DNA from: Neisseria flavescens
GTDB taxonomy: Bacteria; Pseudomonadota; Gammaproteobacteria; Burkholderiales; Neisseriaceae
Assembly: GCF_001618065.1 (NCBI RefSeq)
Contig: NZ_LAEI01000041.1
Coordinates: forward strand, 196,948-228,947
Direction: 5' to 3'
DNA: 32,000 nt
Shown piece after piece: positions 1-9,100 of this stretch. Position 1 is the first letter of the stretch. Each line of letters begins with the position of its first letter. The position numbers and the translations under genes were made by a program. Under the pieces are notes generated by a model that saw only the letters and a list, made by a program, of their open reading frames with translations, was not told where the DNA came from and did no database searches.

Positions 1-271
1 GTGGGAAAAAGAGCGTGTGCAATGGCTCAATGCTGATGGCAGCCCGATGACGGAATATTGTTGGCACAACAGGGGCAGCAAGGCGATTCAGATTGTTTTG
101 GACGATAAATGGCTGCTGTTGGTCAATGCCAAACGTAGTCGTCAGTTATTTAACCTGCCTCAAGGCAATTGGGAAATTTCTTGCGTACCATCTGAGAAAT
201 TTAATTACGAAGAATCAGGAAAATGTGTTGTTGAGCATATGGGGATTTGGATTTTACATAAAACAAATTAA
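1..271 (+). CDS. glgX: Glycogen debranching enzyme GlgX, C-terminal fragment (5' end lies outside the window)
   Basis: The frame of ORF 17..271 is open back to the window edge and ends at TAA 269-271. The tail ...QWLNADGSPM..IQIVLDDKWLLLVNA..LPQGNWE resembles the C-terminal domain of GlgX/isoamylases. It lies directly upstream of glgP. Confidence 0.7.
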   Translation, partial: WEKERVQWLNADGSPMTEYCWHNRGSKAIQIVLDDKWLLLVNAKRSRQLFNLPQGNWEISCVPSEKFNYEESGKCVVEHMGIWILHKTN

Positions 272-478
272 ATGAGAATTAAACTATTGATTGATTAACT
301 CTTTGATATTTTGTCGATATTTGTTCATTTTTAGCTTGGTAGTATAAATTGAAAATGCCGATAAGATGATGAATGGTTTAATTGTTAATTGAATGTTTTA
401 TAAAGAAAAATATATCCTTTTTTTTGAATCTTTCCGCTATAATCTCCTTAGTTTGTAACAAATCTACGCACCATTCCT

Positions 479-514
479 TTCAGACGGCCTGTTGCCGTTG
501 TCAGGCCGTCTGAA
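479..514. repeat. Inverted DUS pair (13-bp stem TTCAGACGGCCTG / CAGGCCGTCTGAA, 10-nt loop)
   Basis: Read directly from the sequence. There is no U-tract on either side, so it is probably an uptake-sequence hairpin rather than an efficient terminator. A TATAAT hexamer lies at 438-443. Confidence 0.8.
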
Positions 515-586
515 AACCGAGTTTCGTTGTTTTTAATAAAACCATCAGGCGCGTTGTCCAGTGCCTCACGCTAGAGAAAGGCTTCC

Positions 587-3067
587 ATGGCTAAGAAAAA
601 ACTCCCCATCTCCGGTTACGATTATGTAATGCCTAAACCGGACGCCGAAACCATCCGCAAGTCCATCGTTTACAAGCTGATTTTCATCTTGGGCGTAGAT
701 CCGAAGGAGGCAACTTCACACCAATGGCTCAACGCCGCCATGCTTGCCGCGCGTGACCTGATTGCGGAAGATTTCCTCAAAACACGCCGCGCCCACATCG
801 ATAACAGCAAACGCATGGTTTATTACCTGTCTATGGAATTCCTGCTTGGACGTTCGTTTGTCAACGCGCTGATTAACGAAGGCGTTTATGCCGAGTTTGA
901 AGAAGCCTTCAAGCAACTGGGCAAAGAATTTGCCGATGTATGCGAACAAGAAGAAGATCCGGGTTTGGGTAATGGCGGTTTGGGCCGTCTGGCCGCCTGC
1001 TTCCTCGACTCTTTGGCAACCCTGCGCATTCCGGCCATGGGCTACGGTATCCGTTACCAATACGGTATGTTCAAACAAGAAATCGTGGATGGCCAACAAG
1101 TTGAAAAACCTGATTTGTGGCTCGACCAAGATTTGGCATGGCAATTTGCCCGTCCGAACAAACAATATTCCGTCCGTTTCGGCGGTCAAGTGTTGAACTT
1201 GGGCGACAAAAAAGAATGGCAGCCGAGCGAAGAAATTTCCGCTTGGGCATACGATGAAATCATTCCGGGCTATGGCGGTGAATGTGCCAACCCATTGCGT
1301 TTGTGGACCGCACACGCAGGCAACCTGTTTGACCTTGCCGACTTCAACCGAGGCGATTATGCCTCTGCCGTTCGCGCACAAAACAGTGACGAAAACATCT
1401 CACGCGTTCTGTATCCGAACGACTCTACCGATTCCGGCCGCGAATTGCGCCTGAAACAAGAATACTTCTTGGTTTCCGCTTCTGTTCAAGACATTGTTGC
1501 CCGCCACAAATGCCGTTTCCCAAGCATCCACACTTTGGCAGACGAAGTCGCCATCCACTTGAACGACACCCATCCGGTGCTCGCTATTCCAGAATTGATG
1601 CGCATCCTGATTGACGAAGAGGGCATTGCATGGACTGAAGCATGGAATATGTGTTGTAAGATTTTCTCTTACACCAACCACACATTGATGAGCGAAGCCT
1701 TGGAAACTTGGCAGGTTGACCTGATGGGCCGTCTGCTGCCACGCCACTTGGACATCATCTTTGAAATCAACGCCTACTTCCTCAATGCCTTACGCGCCAT
1801 CGGCAACTTCGACGACGACTTTGTCCGCCGCGTATCCATTATTGACGAAACCCACGGCCGTCGCGTCCGCATGGCATGGCTTGCCGTGATCGGTTCGCAC
1901 AAAGTCAACGGCGTGGCCAAAATCCACTCCGATTTGATGACCACATCCATCTTTGCCGACTTTGCCAAAGTGTTCCCGGAACGCTTTACCAACGTAACCA
2001 ACGGCGTAACCCCGCGCCGCTGGATCAACATCGCCAATCCGGGTTTGACCAAATTTTTGGACAAACATCTAGGCGACGAAGACTGGCGTCTGCATTTGGA
2101 TAACCTGACCAAGCTCAACGACAAAGTGGACGATCCTTCCGTACAGGCAGAATTCGGCGAAGTGAAAAAAGCCGCCAAAGAGCGCCTCGCCAAATACATC
2201 GAAACCGAGCTGGGCATCAAGGTTAATACCGATGCACTTTTCGACATCCAAATCAAACGTATCCACGAGTACAAACGTCAAGCATTGAACGTGATGCACA
2301 TCGTCGACCGCTACAACAAAATCTTGGAAAACCCGGATTTCGATTGGCAGCCGCGCGTGTTCATCTTTGCCGGTAAAGCCGCTTCTGCCTATTACATGGC
2401 GAAGAAAATCATCCGATTGATTAACGACGTTGCCAAAGTCATCAACAACGACCCCCGTATCCGCGACCTGATTAAAGTCGTTTACATCCCGAATTACAGC
2501 GTCAGCCTTGCCCAAATCATCATCCCAGCCGCCGATTTGCACGAACAAATTTCACTGGCAGGTACAGAAGCATCCGGTACCAGCAACATGAAATTTGCCC
2601 TCAACGGCGCAATCTGCATGGGTACACTGGACGGAGCGAACGTCGAAATTTTGGAAAAAGTCGGCGCGGACAACTGCTTTATCTTCGGTAACACCGTAGA
2701 ACAAGTCGAAGAAATCCGCCGCAACGGTTACGACCCGTTGAGCTATATCGAGCGAGACAGCGACCTGCGCCGCGTCGTCAACCAAATCAGCCAAGGTACT
2801 TTCTCTCCGGAAGAGCCAAACCGCTACAACGACGTGTTGCAACCATACGGCGACTTTTATCAGCTGATGGCCGATTTCCGCAGCTACATCGACACGCAAT
2901 ACAAAGCGGACGAACACTACCGCAACGTATCCGCATGGCGCAAATCAGCCTTGATTAACATCGCCAACATGGGCTTCTTCTCATCTGACCGCTCCATCGC
3001 CGACTACTGCCGCGATATTTGGTACATTAAACCATTGAGCGAAAAAGAATTGCCCGGCAGAAATTAA
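587..3067 (+). CDS. glgP: Glycogen/maltodextrin phosphorylase
   Basis: 826-aa ORF with an alpha-glucan phosphorylase signature, including the PLP-lysine motif EASGTSNMKFALNGA and GLGNGGLGRLAACFLDS. The ATG is preceded by AGAGAAAGG. Confidence 0.97.
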   Translation: MAKKKLPISGYDYVMPKPDAETIRKSIVYKLIFILGVDPKEATSHQWLNAAMLAARDLIAEDFLKTRRAHIDNSKRMVYYLSMEFLLGRSFVNALINEGVYAEFEEAFKQLGKEFADVCEQEEDPGLGNGGLGRLAACFLDSLATLRIPAMGYGIRYQYGMFKQEIVDGQQVEKPDLWLDQDLAWQFARPNKQYSVRFGGQVLNLGDKKEWQPSEEISAWAYDEIIPGYGGECANPLRLWTAHAGNLFDLADFNRGDYASAVRAQNSDENISRVLYPNDSTDSGRELRLKQEYFLVSASVQDIVARHKCRFPSIHTLADEVAIHLNDTHPVLAIPELMRILIDEEGIAWTEAWNMCCKIFSYTNHTLMSEALETWQVDLMGRLLPRHLDIIFEINAYFLNALRAIGNFDDDFVRRVSIIDETHGRRVRMAWLAVIGSHKVNGVAKIHSDLMTTSIFADFAKVFPERFTNVTNGVTPRRWINIANPGLTKFLDKHLGDEDWRLHLDNLTKLNDKVDDPSVQAEFGEVKKAAKERLAKYIETELGIKVNTDALFDIQIKRIHEYKRQALNVMHIVDRYNKILENPDFDWQPRVFIFAGKAASAYYMAKKIIRLINDVAKVINNDPRIRDLIKVVYIPNYSVSLAQIIIPAADLHEQISLAGTEASGTSNMKFALNGAICMGTLDGANVEILEKVGADNCFIFGNTVEQVEEIRRNGYDPLSYIERDSDLRRVVNQISQGTFSPEEPNRYNDVLQPYGDFYQLMADFRSYIDTQYKADEHYRNVSAWRKSALINIANMGFFSSDRSIADYCRDIWYIKPLSEKELPGRN

Positions 3068-3084
3068 GCGTTGAGCAGATAGCG

Positions 3085-3122
3085 AAAGCCGATACATCAG
3101 GAAGGTGTATCGGCTTTTTTTC
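3085..3122 (+). terminator. Rho-independent terminator of glgP
   Basis: 12-bp stem AAAGCCGATACA / TGTATCGGCTTT with a 9-nt loop, followed by a T-run that merges into a DUS (TTCAGACGGC). Confidence 0.8.
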
Positions 3123-3196
3123 AGACGGCATGAAATAGAAAGGAGTAAAACAGTATGGTTGTATCGCTGTTTTAGGGTATTGCTAAATGACTCAAT

Positions 3197-4690
3197 TTAA
3201 AATCGGTATTTAAAATTTAGTAGCCATTCATTTTGATGGTAGCGGTAATGTGCTGTATTGCTATGGGAGATTGAGCGTCTAAAACGAAATTCAGGATACA
3301 CACCTTTAAGGTTCCACTGCGGAAAGCCTACAGCGGCTATCATGATGTATTGATTGTCGCGTCGCCGTCTGTTGTCGCTGACAAAACTTGCCGCGTCATA
3401 AAGACTGAGGCGGTGAAGCAGGATGGTATTGAGGTAAGTACCGCTTGAAAAAAAACTATATGCGCCCAGCCGTGTCGTATATTCCTTGCTGGAAGAAGAT
3501 TTTTCGGGATAAGCTTTGCGTGTTGCATCAAAGTTGGCGAACAGGCCGCTTTGGGGTGTGAGAGAAAATTCTGCCCCTACGCCCAGTTCGTATTGCTTAT
3601 AGTTGGCAAAATAATCTTTGTTTTGTCCACTATATCCGGTCTTTTTTGCTCCGGCATGTGAGTTAATACGCCAGCGTGGGGAGAGTGTGCGTGACCAGTT
3701 GACATCCGTGCCCCATGCGCGGTAGTGGGTGTGGCGGTTGCGGAAGTCGTATTCGAAATAGGGCAGCAGGGAAAAGGAGGAGCGTGCGTCGGCATAGGCG
3801 TATCCCGCGTAAAGCGAACCGTTGTGATAGCCGTAATCCGGCATGGCCGCCGAACTTTTGTCTTTTTCCGTGTAGCGGTTGCCGTACAGCACACCGCGCA
3901 CCTGTACACCGTGATGCCCTTTGAGCGGGATGGTTTTTTCGGAGGTCGCGCTATAGGATGAGAAGGTCGAATCCGTTGGTGCGGGCAGGGTGCGCTCCAT
4001 CAGGCACATGCCTGAGATTTCCCACACGCATTGGTTGATGCCGTTGCCTTGGTTTACATTGCTATTGTAGCCGTAGCCGAGGCTGATTTGGCCGTGCCAG
4101 CGGCGGCGTTTGCCCAGTTCGGACAGATAGTTTTCCACGATGGGGCGGGTTTCAGCAGGAATATCTGTTTTCAGAACTTTCTCAAACGCGGCGGCGGACT
4201 CTTTGTTTTGGTTGTCTTCGGCATAAAATCGCCCCGCTTCGAGCAGCAGGCGGGGGTTGTCGGGTTCGGCTTCCAAGGCCGTCTGAAAACTATTCCCCGC
4301 CGCGTGGAAATCCCCTTCGTCCCGTTTTTGCAGCGCATCGGCCAAATGAATCAGCGCGGGTTTGTGCCGGGGCAGTTTGGCGTAGCGGGCAGCGAACTGG
4401 CGCACCTTGTGCCACTGCCGCGCGTTGAGGGCGTGGTAAATCGCGCTTTCCAGTTCTTCCGCCGTATCGCCGACTTGATAGACTGTACCGTCTATCATGA
4501 TGTAGCCGTCGTTTTCCCCCACTTCACCGCGTGCCTGTTCCGTGTCCAGCCAGCCGCTTTCGCGGTATTGCTGCGTTTGGCGGCTGCCCTCGTCCAGCAG
4601 GCGGCGGCGTTCGTCTGCGGCATCGTCGGACGGGGCGGCAAGGCAGACCGTACAGAGCGGCAGGAAAAGCAGGCAGAGGCGGTGGTTCAT
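3197..4690 (-). CDS. Slam-family (surface lipoprotein assembly modifier, DUF560) outer-membrane translocon, 497 aa
   Basis: The likely start is M73 of the 569-aa track ORF (ATG 4690-4688, AAGGA about 10 nt upstream). It has a signal peptide MNHRLCLLFLPLCTVCLA, a TPR-like N-terminal region (..GDFHAAGNSFQTALEAEPDNPRLLLEAGRFYAED..) and a C-terminal beta-barrel region starting ..WHGQISLGYGYNSNVNQG... It ends ..LLNFKYRF with the terminal Phe typical of outer-membrane proteins. Confidence 0.85.
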   Translation of the reverse strand: MNHRLCLLFLPLCTVCLAAPSDDAADERRRLLDEGSRQTQQYRESGWLDTEQARGEVGENDGYIMIDGTVYQVGDTAEELESAIYHALNARQWHKVRQFAARYAKLPRHKPALIHLADALQKRDEGDFHAAGNSFQTALEAEPDNPRLLLEAGRFYAEDNQNKESAAAFEKVLKTDIPAETRPIVENYLSELGKRRRWHGQISLGYGYNSNVNQGNGINQCVWEISGMCLMERTLPAPTDSTFSSYSATSEKTIPLKGHHGVQVRGVLYGNRYTEKDKSSAAMPDYGYHNGSLYAGYAYADARSSFSLLPYFEYDFRNRHTHYRAWGTDVNWSRTLSPRWRINSHAGAKKTGYSGQNKDYFANYKQYELGVGAEFSLTPQSGLFANFDATRKAYPEKSSSSKEYTTRLGAYSFFSSGTYLNTILLHRLSLYDAASFVSDNRRRRDNQYIMIAAVGFPQWNLKGVYPEFRFRRSISHSNTAHYRYHQNEWLLNFKYRF

Positions 4691-4787
4691 GGGATGGGGT
4701 CCTTTGGGCGGGGAGGCCGTCTGAAAGAAGTAAAAACAGAAATTCCGCAAGGCAATGCAGGTTTGCACGGCACTTCGGAAACAAGTC

Positions 4788-4817
4788 AGCCGCAGTATAT
4801 TTATGCCTACTGCGGCT
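4788..4817 (-). promoter_or_regulatory. Intercistronic 10-bp perfect stem-loop between the secreted-protein gene and slam
   Basis: AGCCGCAGTA (4788-4797) pairs with TACTGCGGCT (4808-4817) around a 10-nt loop. It lies in the 218-nt gap between the stop at 4909 and the slam ATG at 4690. A DUS sits at 4714-4725. Confidence 0.4.
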
Positions 4818-4908
4818 TTTGTTAAAAAACGGCGGTTTTCCTGATTGCGGGAACGTACGGCCAAACGCCGAAAACACCGGCATTCCCTAATCGCGTAAGC
4901 GGGCAAGG

Positions 4909-5853
4909 TTATTTTTTCGCGCCGCCGAAGGCTACATCGTCGCCTTTGCCGTTGCCGCGTTCGGCATAGCCCGCCATAGCTGCCGCGCCATTGCCGTAGA
5001 ATTGGCCTTGGATTTTTTCATGATTACCCGCACCGCTTTTAAACGTACCAGCGGAGTTGGTAATTTCAACACCATTAAAGCTCAAATCCTTATCGCCTGC
5101 GCGTTTCAGCGCGCCGCTCATAGAACCTTTGTCGCCCGTACCGAATGTGGCTTTGATTTCACCGGTATAGAAATCGTTTTTGCCCGGCGTGTGCTTGTTG
5201 ATACCGACAACGTTATAGGTAGCCGCAGCCAAGTTTCTGGTGTTTTTGGTCGGATTCTCACCCACAAACCAAACCGTGCGGTTGCCGTCGTTCATATTCA
5301 AATCCGTGCTGTTGGCAATCTGATTGCTGTTGCCTTTGCGCGGCGCCCATTCGCCGAAGAAGACGTTGGTTGCCGCAGTCGGCACTTTGGCAAAAGTCAT
5401 GCCGCCGAATTTCGGCGCAATCGGTAATTTTGGGTCGGCCATTTGGCGTACGCTGAACACTTCGGTGTTGTTGGCGCGTTTTTCATACCACACTTGGGCG
5501 AGTTTGGTTTTCGAGAACCAGCCCGCAATCGGGTTGATGTCGCCGGGTTGCAGATATTTCGGATTGGCCGTGCCGTTTACATTGGCGTTCTGATTACCGC
5601 CGTTGATGGGCGCATTGCCGTATTTGTTGCGGATGCGCTGCGCGGGGCCGGCTTGGAGGTTGATGGATTTGGACAGGCCGTTGCCTGTGCTGACTTTGAT
5701 ACCGGCCGCACCTGCACCGAAGGGTAGAGAATCTGATGTTTTGGGTTCGATTAAGTTTGGATTGCTTGAACCACCTTCCACATTAGCCGCATGAGCAGCA
5801 GAGCCGAAGGCTGCGGTCAGAAGGACGGCGAGGGTTAATTGCGATGCTTTCAT
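4909..5853 (-). CDS. Secreted, non-lipidated TbpB-fold protein (hemophilin/HphA-like candidate Slam substrate), 314 aa
   Basis: It has a Sec type-I signal peptide MKASQLTLAVLLTAAFGSAAHA|ANV and no cysteine anywhere, so a lipobox is impossible. The C-terminus ..IQGQFYGNGAAAMAGYAERGNGKGDDVAFGGAKK matches the last strands of the TbpB/HpuA/fHbp/hemophilin 8-stranded barrel. AAGGA lies 8 nt before the ATG. The gene sits between a TonB-dependent receptor and Slam. Confidence 0.7.
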   Translation of the reverse strand: MKASQLTLAVLLTAAFGSAAHAANVEGGSSNPNLIEPKTSDSLPFGAGAAGIKVSTGNGLSKSINLQAGPAQRIRNKYGNAPINGGNQNANVNGTANPKYLQPGDINPIAGWFSKTKLAQVWYEKRANNTEVFSVRQMADPKLPIAPKFGGMTFAKVPTAATNVFFGEWAPRKGNSNQIANSTDLNMNDGNRTVWFVGENPTKNTRNLAAATYNVVGINKHTPGKNDFYTGEIKATFGTGDKGSMSGALKRAGDKDLSFNGVEITNSAGTFKSGAGNHEKIQGQFYGNGAAAMAGYAERGNGKGDDVAFGGAKK

Positions 5854-5983
5854 GATTTTTCCTTTAAAGAAAAATATGATGGATACCGCTGTTTTGTCTC
5901 GAGCGGCAAGGTGTATCGGGTGTTACCGATAGGGCGCATATTAATATAAATAAAAATATAAATCTAATTAAAACTCATTATCA

Positions 5984-6011
5984 AATATAAAGTGCGGATT
6001 GCATTTGTCAA
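5984..6011 (-). promoter_or_regulatory. Candidate sigma70 promoter for the 314-aa gene (TTGACA-N16-TATATT), with an adjacent Fur-like half site
   Basis: On the minus strand, TTGACA is at 6011-6006 and TATATT at 5989-5984. Immediately downstream is GATAATGAGTTTTAATTAG (5982-5964), which matches the 19-bp Fur consensus at about 11/19 with the first 8 positions perfect. Confidence 0.35.
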
Positions 6012-6081
6012 TATTTTATTTTTAATATCATTGCATTATCATCTAAGAAATACAAATATTATAGTAACGGTAACAGGCTGT

Positions 6082-6111
6082 AGCCGACGGGCAGATTCCT
6101 GCCCATCGGCT
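6082..6111 (-). terminator. Strong stem-loop 14 nt after the receptor stop codon
   Basis: 13-bp stem (AGCCGACGGGCAG / CTGCCCATCGGCT, with one G-U pair in the minus-strand RNA) and a 4-nt loop. There is no clean U-tract, so it may be a partial terminator or a processing/stability element. Confidence 0.45.
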
Positions 6112-6124
6112 GCATAGGATACAG

Positions 6125-9100
6125 TCAAGCCTTAAAACCTGCCCTTGATGCCGAAGGTAACCGTCCTGCCCGGGCCGGGACAGGGGTGCTGGACATCGGG
6201 TCTAGATAATAGCGGTTGGCGAGGTTGGTAACGCCGAAATTCAAGTCTATATGTTTCCCTATGCGGTAGCGGGCATAGGCATCAAGCAGGGTGGCGGCGT
6301 GCCAGCCGTAGGGTTTGCCGTTACGCTCATACACCTGCCCCGCGCCGTCGGCAATCAGCTTATCGTAGTTTTTCCGCTCCGCCTTGCTGTGGTGGATGGC
6401 GCGCATGCCCAATTCCAGTTTTTCGTTGAAGAAGCGCGTGCCTACATCAAGGGTAAGCGAATATTTGGGCTGCAGGGACTGGAAGAAGCGGCTGAGGCCG
6501 AAGCCGCCTTCAAGGCATTCGGGTACGCGTTGCAGGTAATAGTCGAATTTGAAGGCGATGCCCTTGTCGCATACCATATGTTTCAAACGGTAAGTGCCGC
6601 CGAAGGAGGCGAAGAAGCGACCATTGTCTAGGCGGATTTGCAGTTCTACCCCCTTGCTGATTGCCTTGTCGTATTGGATCATGCCGCCGTCCATATTCGA
6701 GGTGTCGATTTGGTTTTTGATTTTATTGCTGTAGTAGGTGAGGCGGAGGTCGCCTTGGCGCAGTTTGGCGAAATGCGGGGCGAAATTGAAATTGTAGCCT
6801 ACTTCCCAGTTGGTGCTTTTTTCCGGCTTCAGGCTGTATTCGGCCACGGTCTCGCTGCCGTACAGACCGCCGCTGCCGGTGGCGGCGGTCAGTTCGTAGA
6901 GGCTGGGAAAGCGGCTCATGCGGGCATAGCGGGCGAAGAGGCGGTGGTTGTCGGCAATATCGTAGCTGACCGACAGCATGGGCGACCAGGAATACGCGTG
7001 CTGCTCCTGCGGCATGCGCCAGCGTTCGGCTTCGCTGAATTGATGCCGGATCCAAGCGGTACGGTTTAGGTCGCTATTGAATTCCAGTGCTTGATCATTG
7101 CCGGTTTTTGATGGTAGTTGGTTTTCATTGGCCATACGGTCCGTTGTTTCGCTTACCGAACCGGGTGTTATGCCTATATGTGATCCGGGAATATAACGGC
7201 GGTAGCTGCCGCGTTTTCCTTGCGGGTTGTTTACTCTCTCGCGGTACATTTCCGGCGTAATTTGTACTTTGTCGGGGGCAAATTTTCCTGCATTCATTGG
7301 AATGATCTGTTTGCGGCGCAGTACATATAGTACATCGGTATTTTTATTGCCGTCCGCATACTGAACAAAATTTCCATCAGATTTGGCGTAAAACCGAGTA
7401 TCCTGACCAACGAGAGTATCATGCGGATCAAAATCGTAACCATTTTTTTCCTTAAAACGGCGGTTAAGGGCTTGATATTCTGCAACCTGACCCCCGATCC
7501 TATCGGGATCATAAAGCTGCAACATCCGCTGCTGGTTGGCAATATCTTCTTCATCCGCCAATTCAAAATACGGCATCATCAGGCCGGTAACATAGCTGTC
7601 CGAACCCAGGCCGTACTGATACCAGGGGTTGCGTGCGGCACGCTGCCGCGCCAGTTCGATATTGCGTCCTTTGAAGTTCTGATAGCGCACGCCCGCCTGT
7701 ATGTTCAGGCGGGAAGTCGGTTTCCAATCGAAGACCAGGTTCGCGCCCCATTCGCGCTTTTTCGCCGACTGCGGGCCGCCCAAGGCCGCCATGCGGGTCA
7801 GTACGCCGAAAGTATTCATCAAATCATTGCTGTCGGCGGTATCGGTGCGTTCTTCCAGCGTTTCGCGCTGGTAGTCGGCGGCAAGGGTGAGGCTGAGTTT
7901 GTCGGAAAGGCGGAAGCGGTTGCTGAGGTTGAAGCCGTTGCGGACGACGTCGGTACGCTGCCGCGCGCCGGGAACGATGATGCGGTCGGGATGTTCGATG
8001 TAGTAGCGTTCCTGATTCAGCTTTTGCTTCAGTTCGGCCAGATTCATCAGCTTGCCGATTTGGTTGGTCTGGTCGGTCAGCACATTTTTGTCGGCGGGCG
8101 TGATGGCGTAGTAGCCGCCCGTATGCCCCATCCAGCGGTCAGTAATCGCACGGTTGTTTTCATCGTGTTCTGCCAGCTTGCGGGCGATTTTGTCGGGCGT
8201 GTCTTCTATCATGCGCAGCACTTCTTCGTGGGTTCGCGCCGAGCCGTAGGTGTTCGACGCCATCGCGCTTTCGCAGCTTTCCCCCCGCAGGTTAGGCGAG
8301 GGCTGTTTGCGTATGTTGCACCAATACCAAAGGTCGTACTCATAGTCGGGCGTAATGACGCCGACGACGGGGCCGCCGCTCTGATGGCGGTTGCTGTCGG
8401 TCTTCACCCGCCACATATCGGCTTGAAGGTCTATCCATTTGTTGTTTTGCGGCTTCCATTCGTAGCCGATTTTGTAGGTTTTGCTGTCGATTTTCGTCCC
8501 TATCCCTGGTGCCTGCTGCGCAGGTTCGTCTAGGGATTGTTCGGCGAAACCGAGTATCCATGCCGTTATCAGGGGGTTGATTTCGCCGAAGCCGATTTTG
8601 TTGTCCATATATTGCAGGCTGATTTTTTGGTTGCCCGGCAGATACCAGTTGTTTTTCAGCAGCAGGGTTTTGGTGTCGGTGTGGCTGTTCATAATTTCTT
8701 CGCCCGGCCGGAACAGGACGGCCATATTCGGCACCAGGCTGGCGGAAGATTTGCAGAGCATGTCTTTTTCCCGCCATGATTTGTCAGGATACTGGTCGTA
8801 ACAGGCATCCGCACCGTAAATGGGGTTGTTGAGGTAGCTTTGATAGCCGCGTTTACCCGCGTAGTAGTTGCCCTTTTGGCGGTGGCTGTATGCGGCAAGG
8901 CCGTCTGTAATGTCGGTTTTGAAGGCGGCGGACAACATCAACTGCCTGTCGTCTTTGAAGTTGGTGTGGCTTTTGCCACCCGCATACTTCGTACCCGCTA
9001 TGCCTTCGTCCAACAACAGGGCGGTGGGGGAAGGTTTGCCGGTATAGCCGGTCAATACATCGGGCATACCCGATACCCCGTCCGCCGTTGCGCCTATAGG

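Noticed and set aside
4031-4825. A 264-aa plus-strand ORF antisense to slam. The same applies to similar long antisense or alternate-frame ORFs: 7421..8533(+), 8853..9584(-), 12541..13422(+), 10546..11073(+), 14538..15110(-), 25023..25649(+) and 27091..27795(+).
   Set aside because: Each lies entirely inside a confidently identified gene. Their compositions are typical of shadow frames in GC-rich codon-biased DNA (runs of G/A/V/R/H). They have no Shine-Dalgarno and no recognisable motifs.
4691-4906. The N-terminal 72 residues of the 569-aa track ORF for Slam (MPAYAIRECRCFRRLAVRS...).
   Set aside because: The signal peptide starts at the internal Met (4690), which has its own Shine-Dalgarno. 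The extension crosses a DUS and a hairpin and is Arg/Cys/Phe-rich with no protein-like character. It is most likely an artefact of taking the longest ORF.
6020-6045. A second Fur-box candidate, GATGATAATGCAATGATATTA (minus strand), upstream of the 314-aa gene.
   Set aside because: It matches the 19-bp consensus at only about 9/19 in the best register. The AT-richness of the region makes such partial matches expected by chance.
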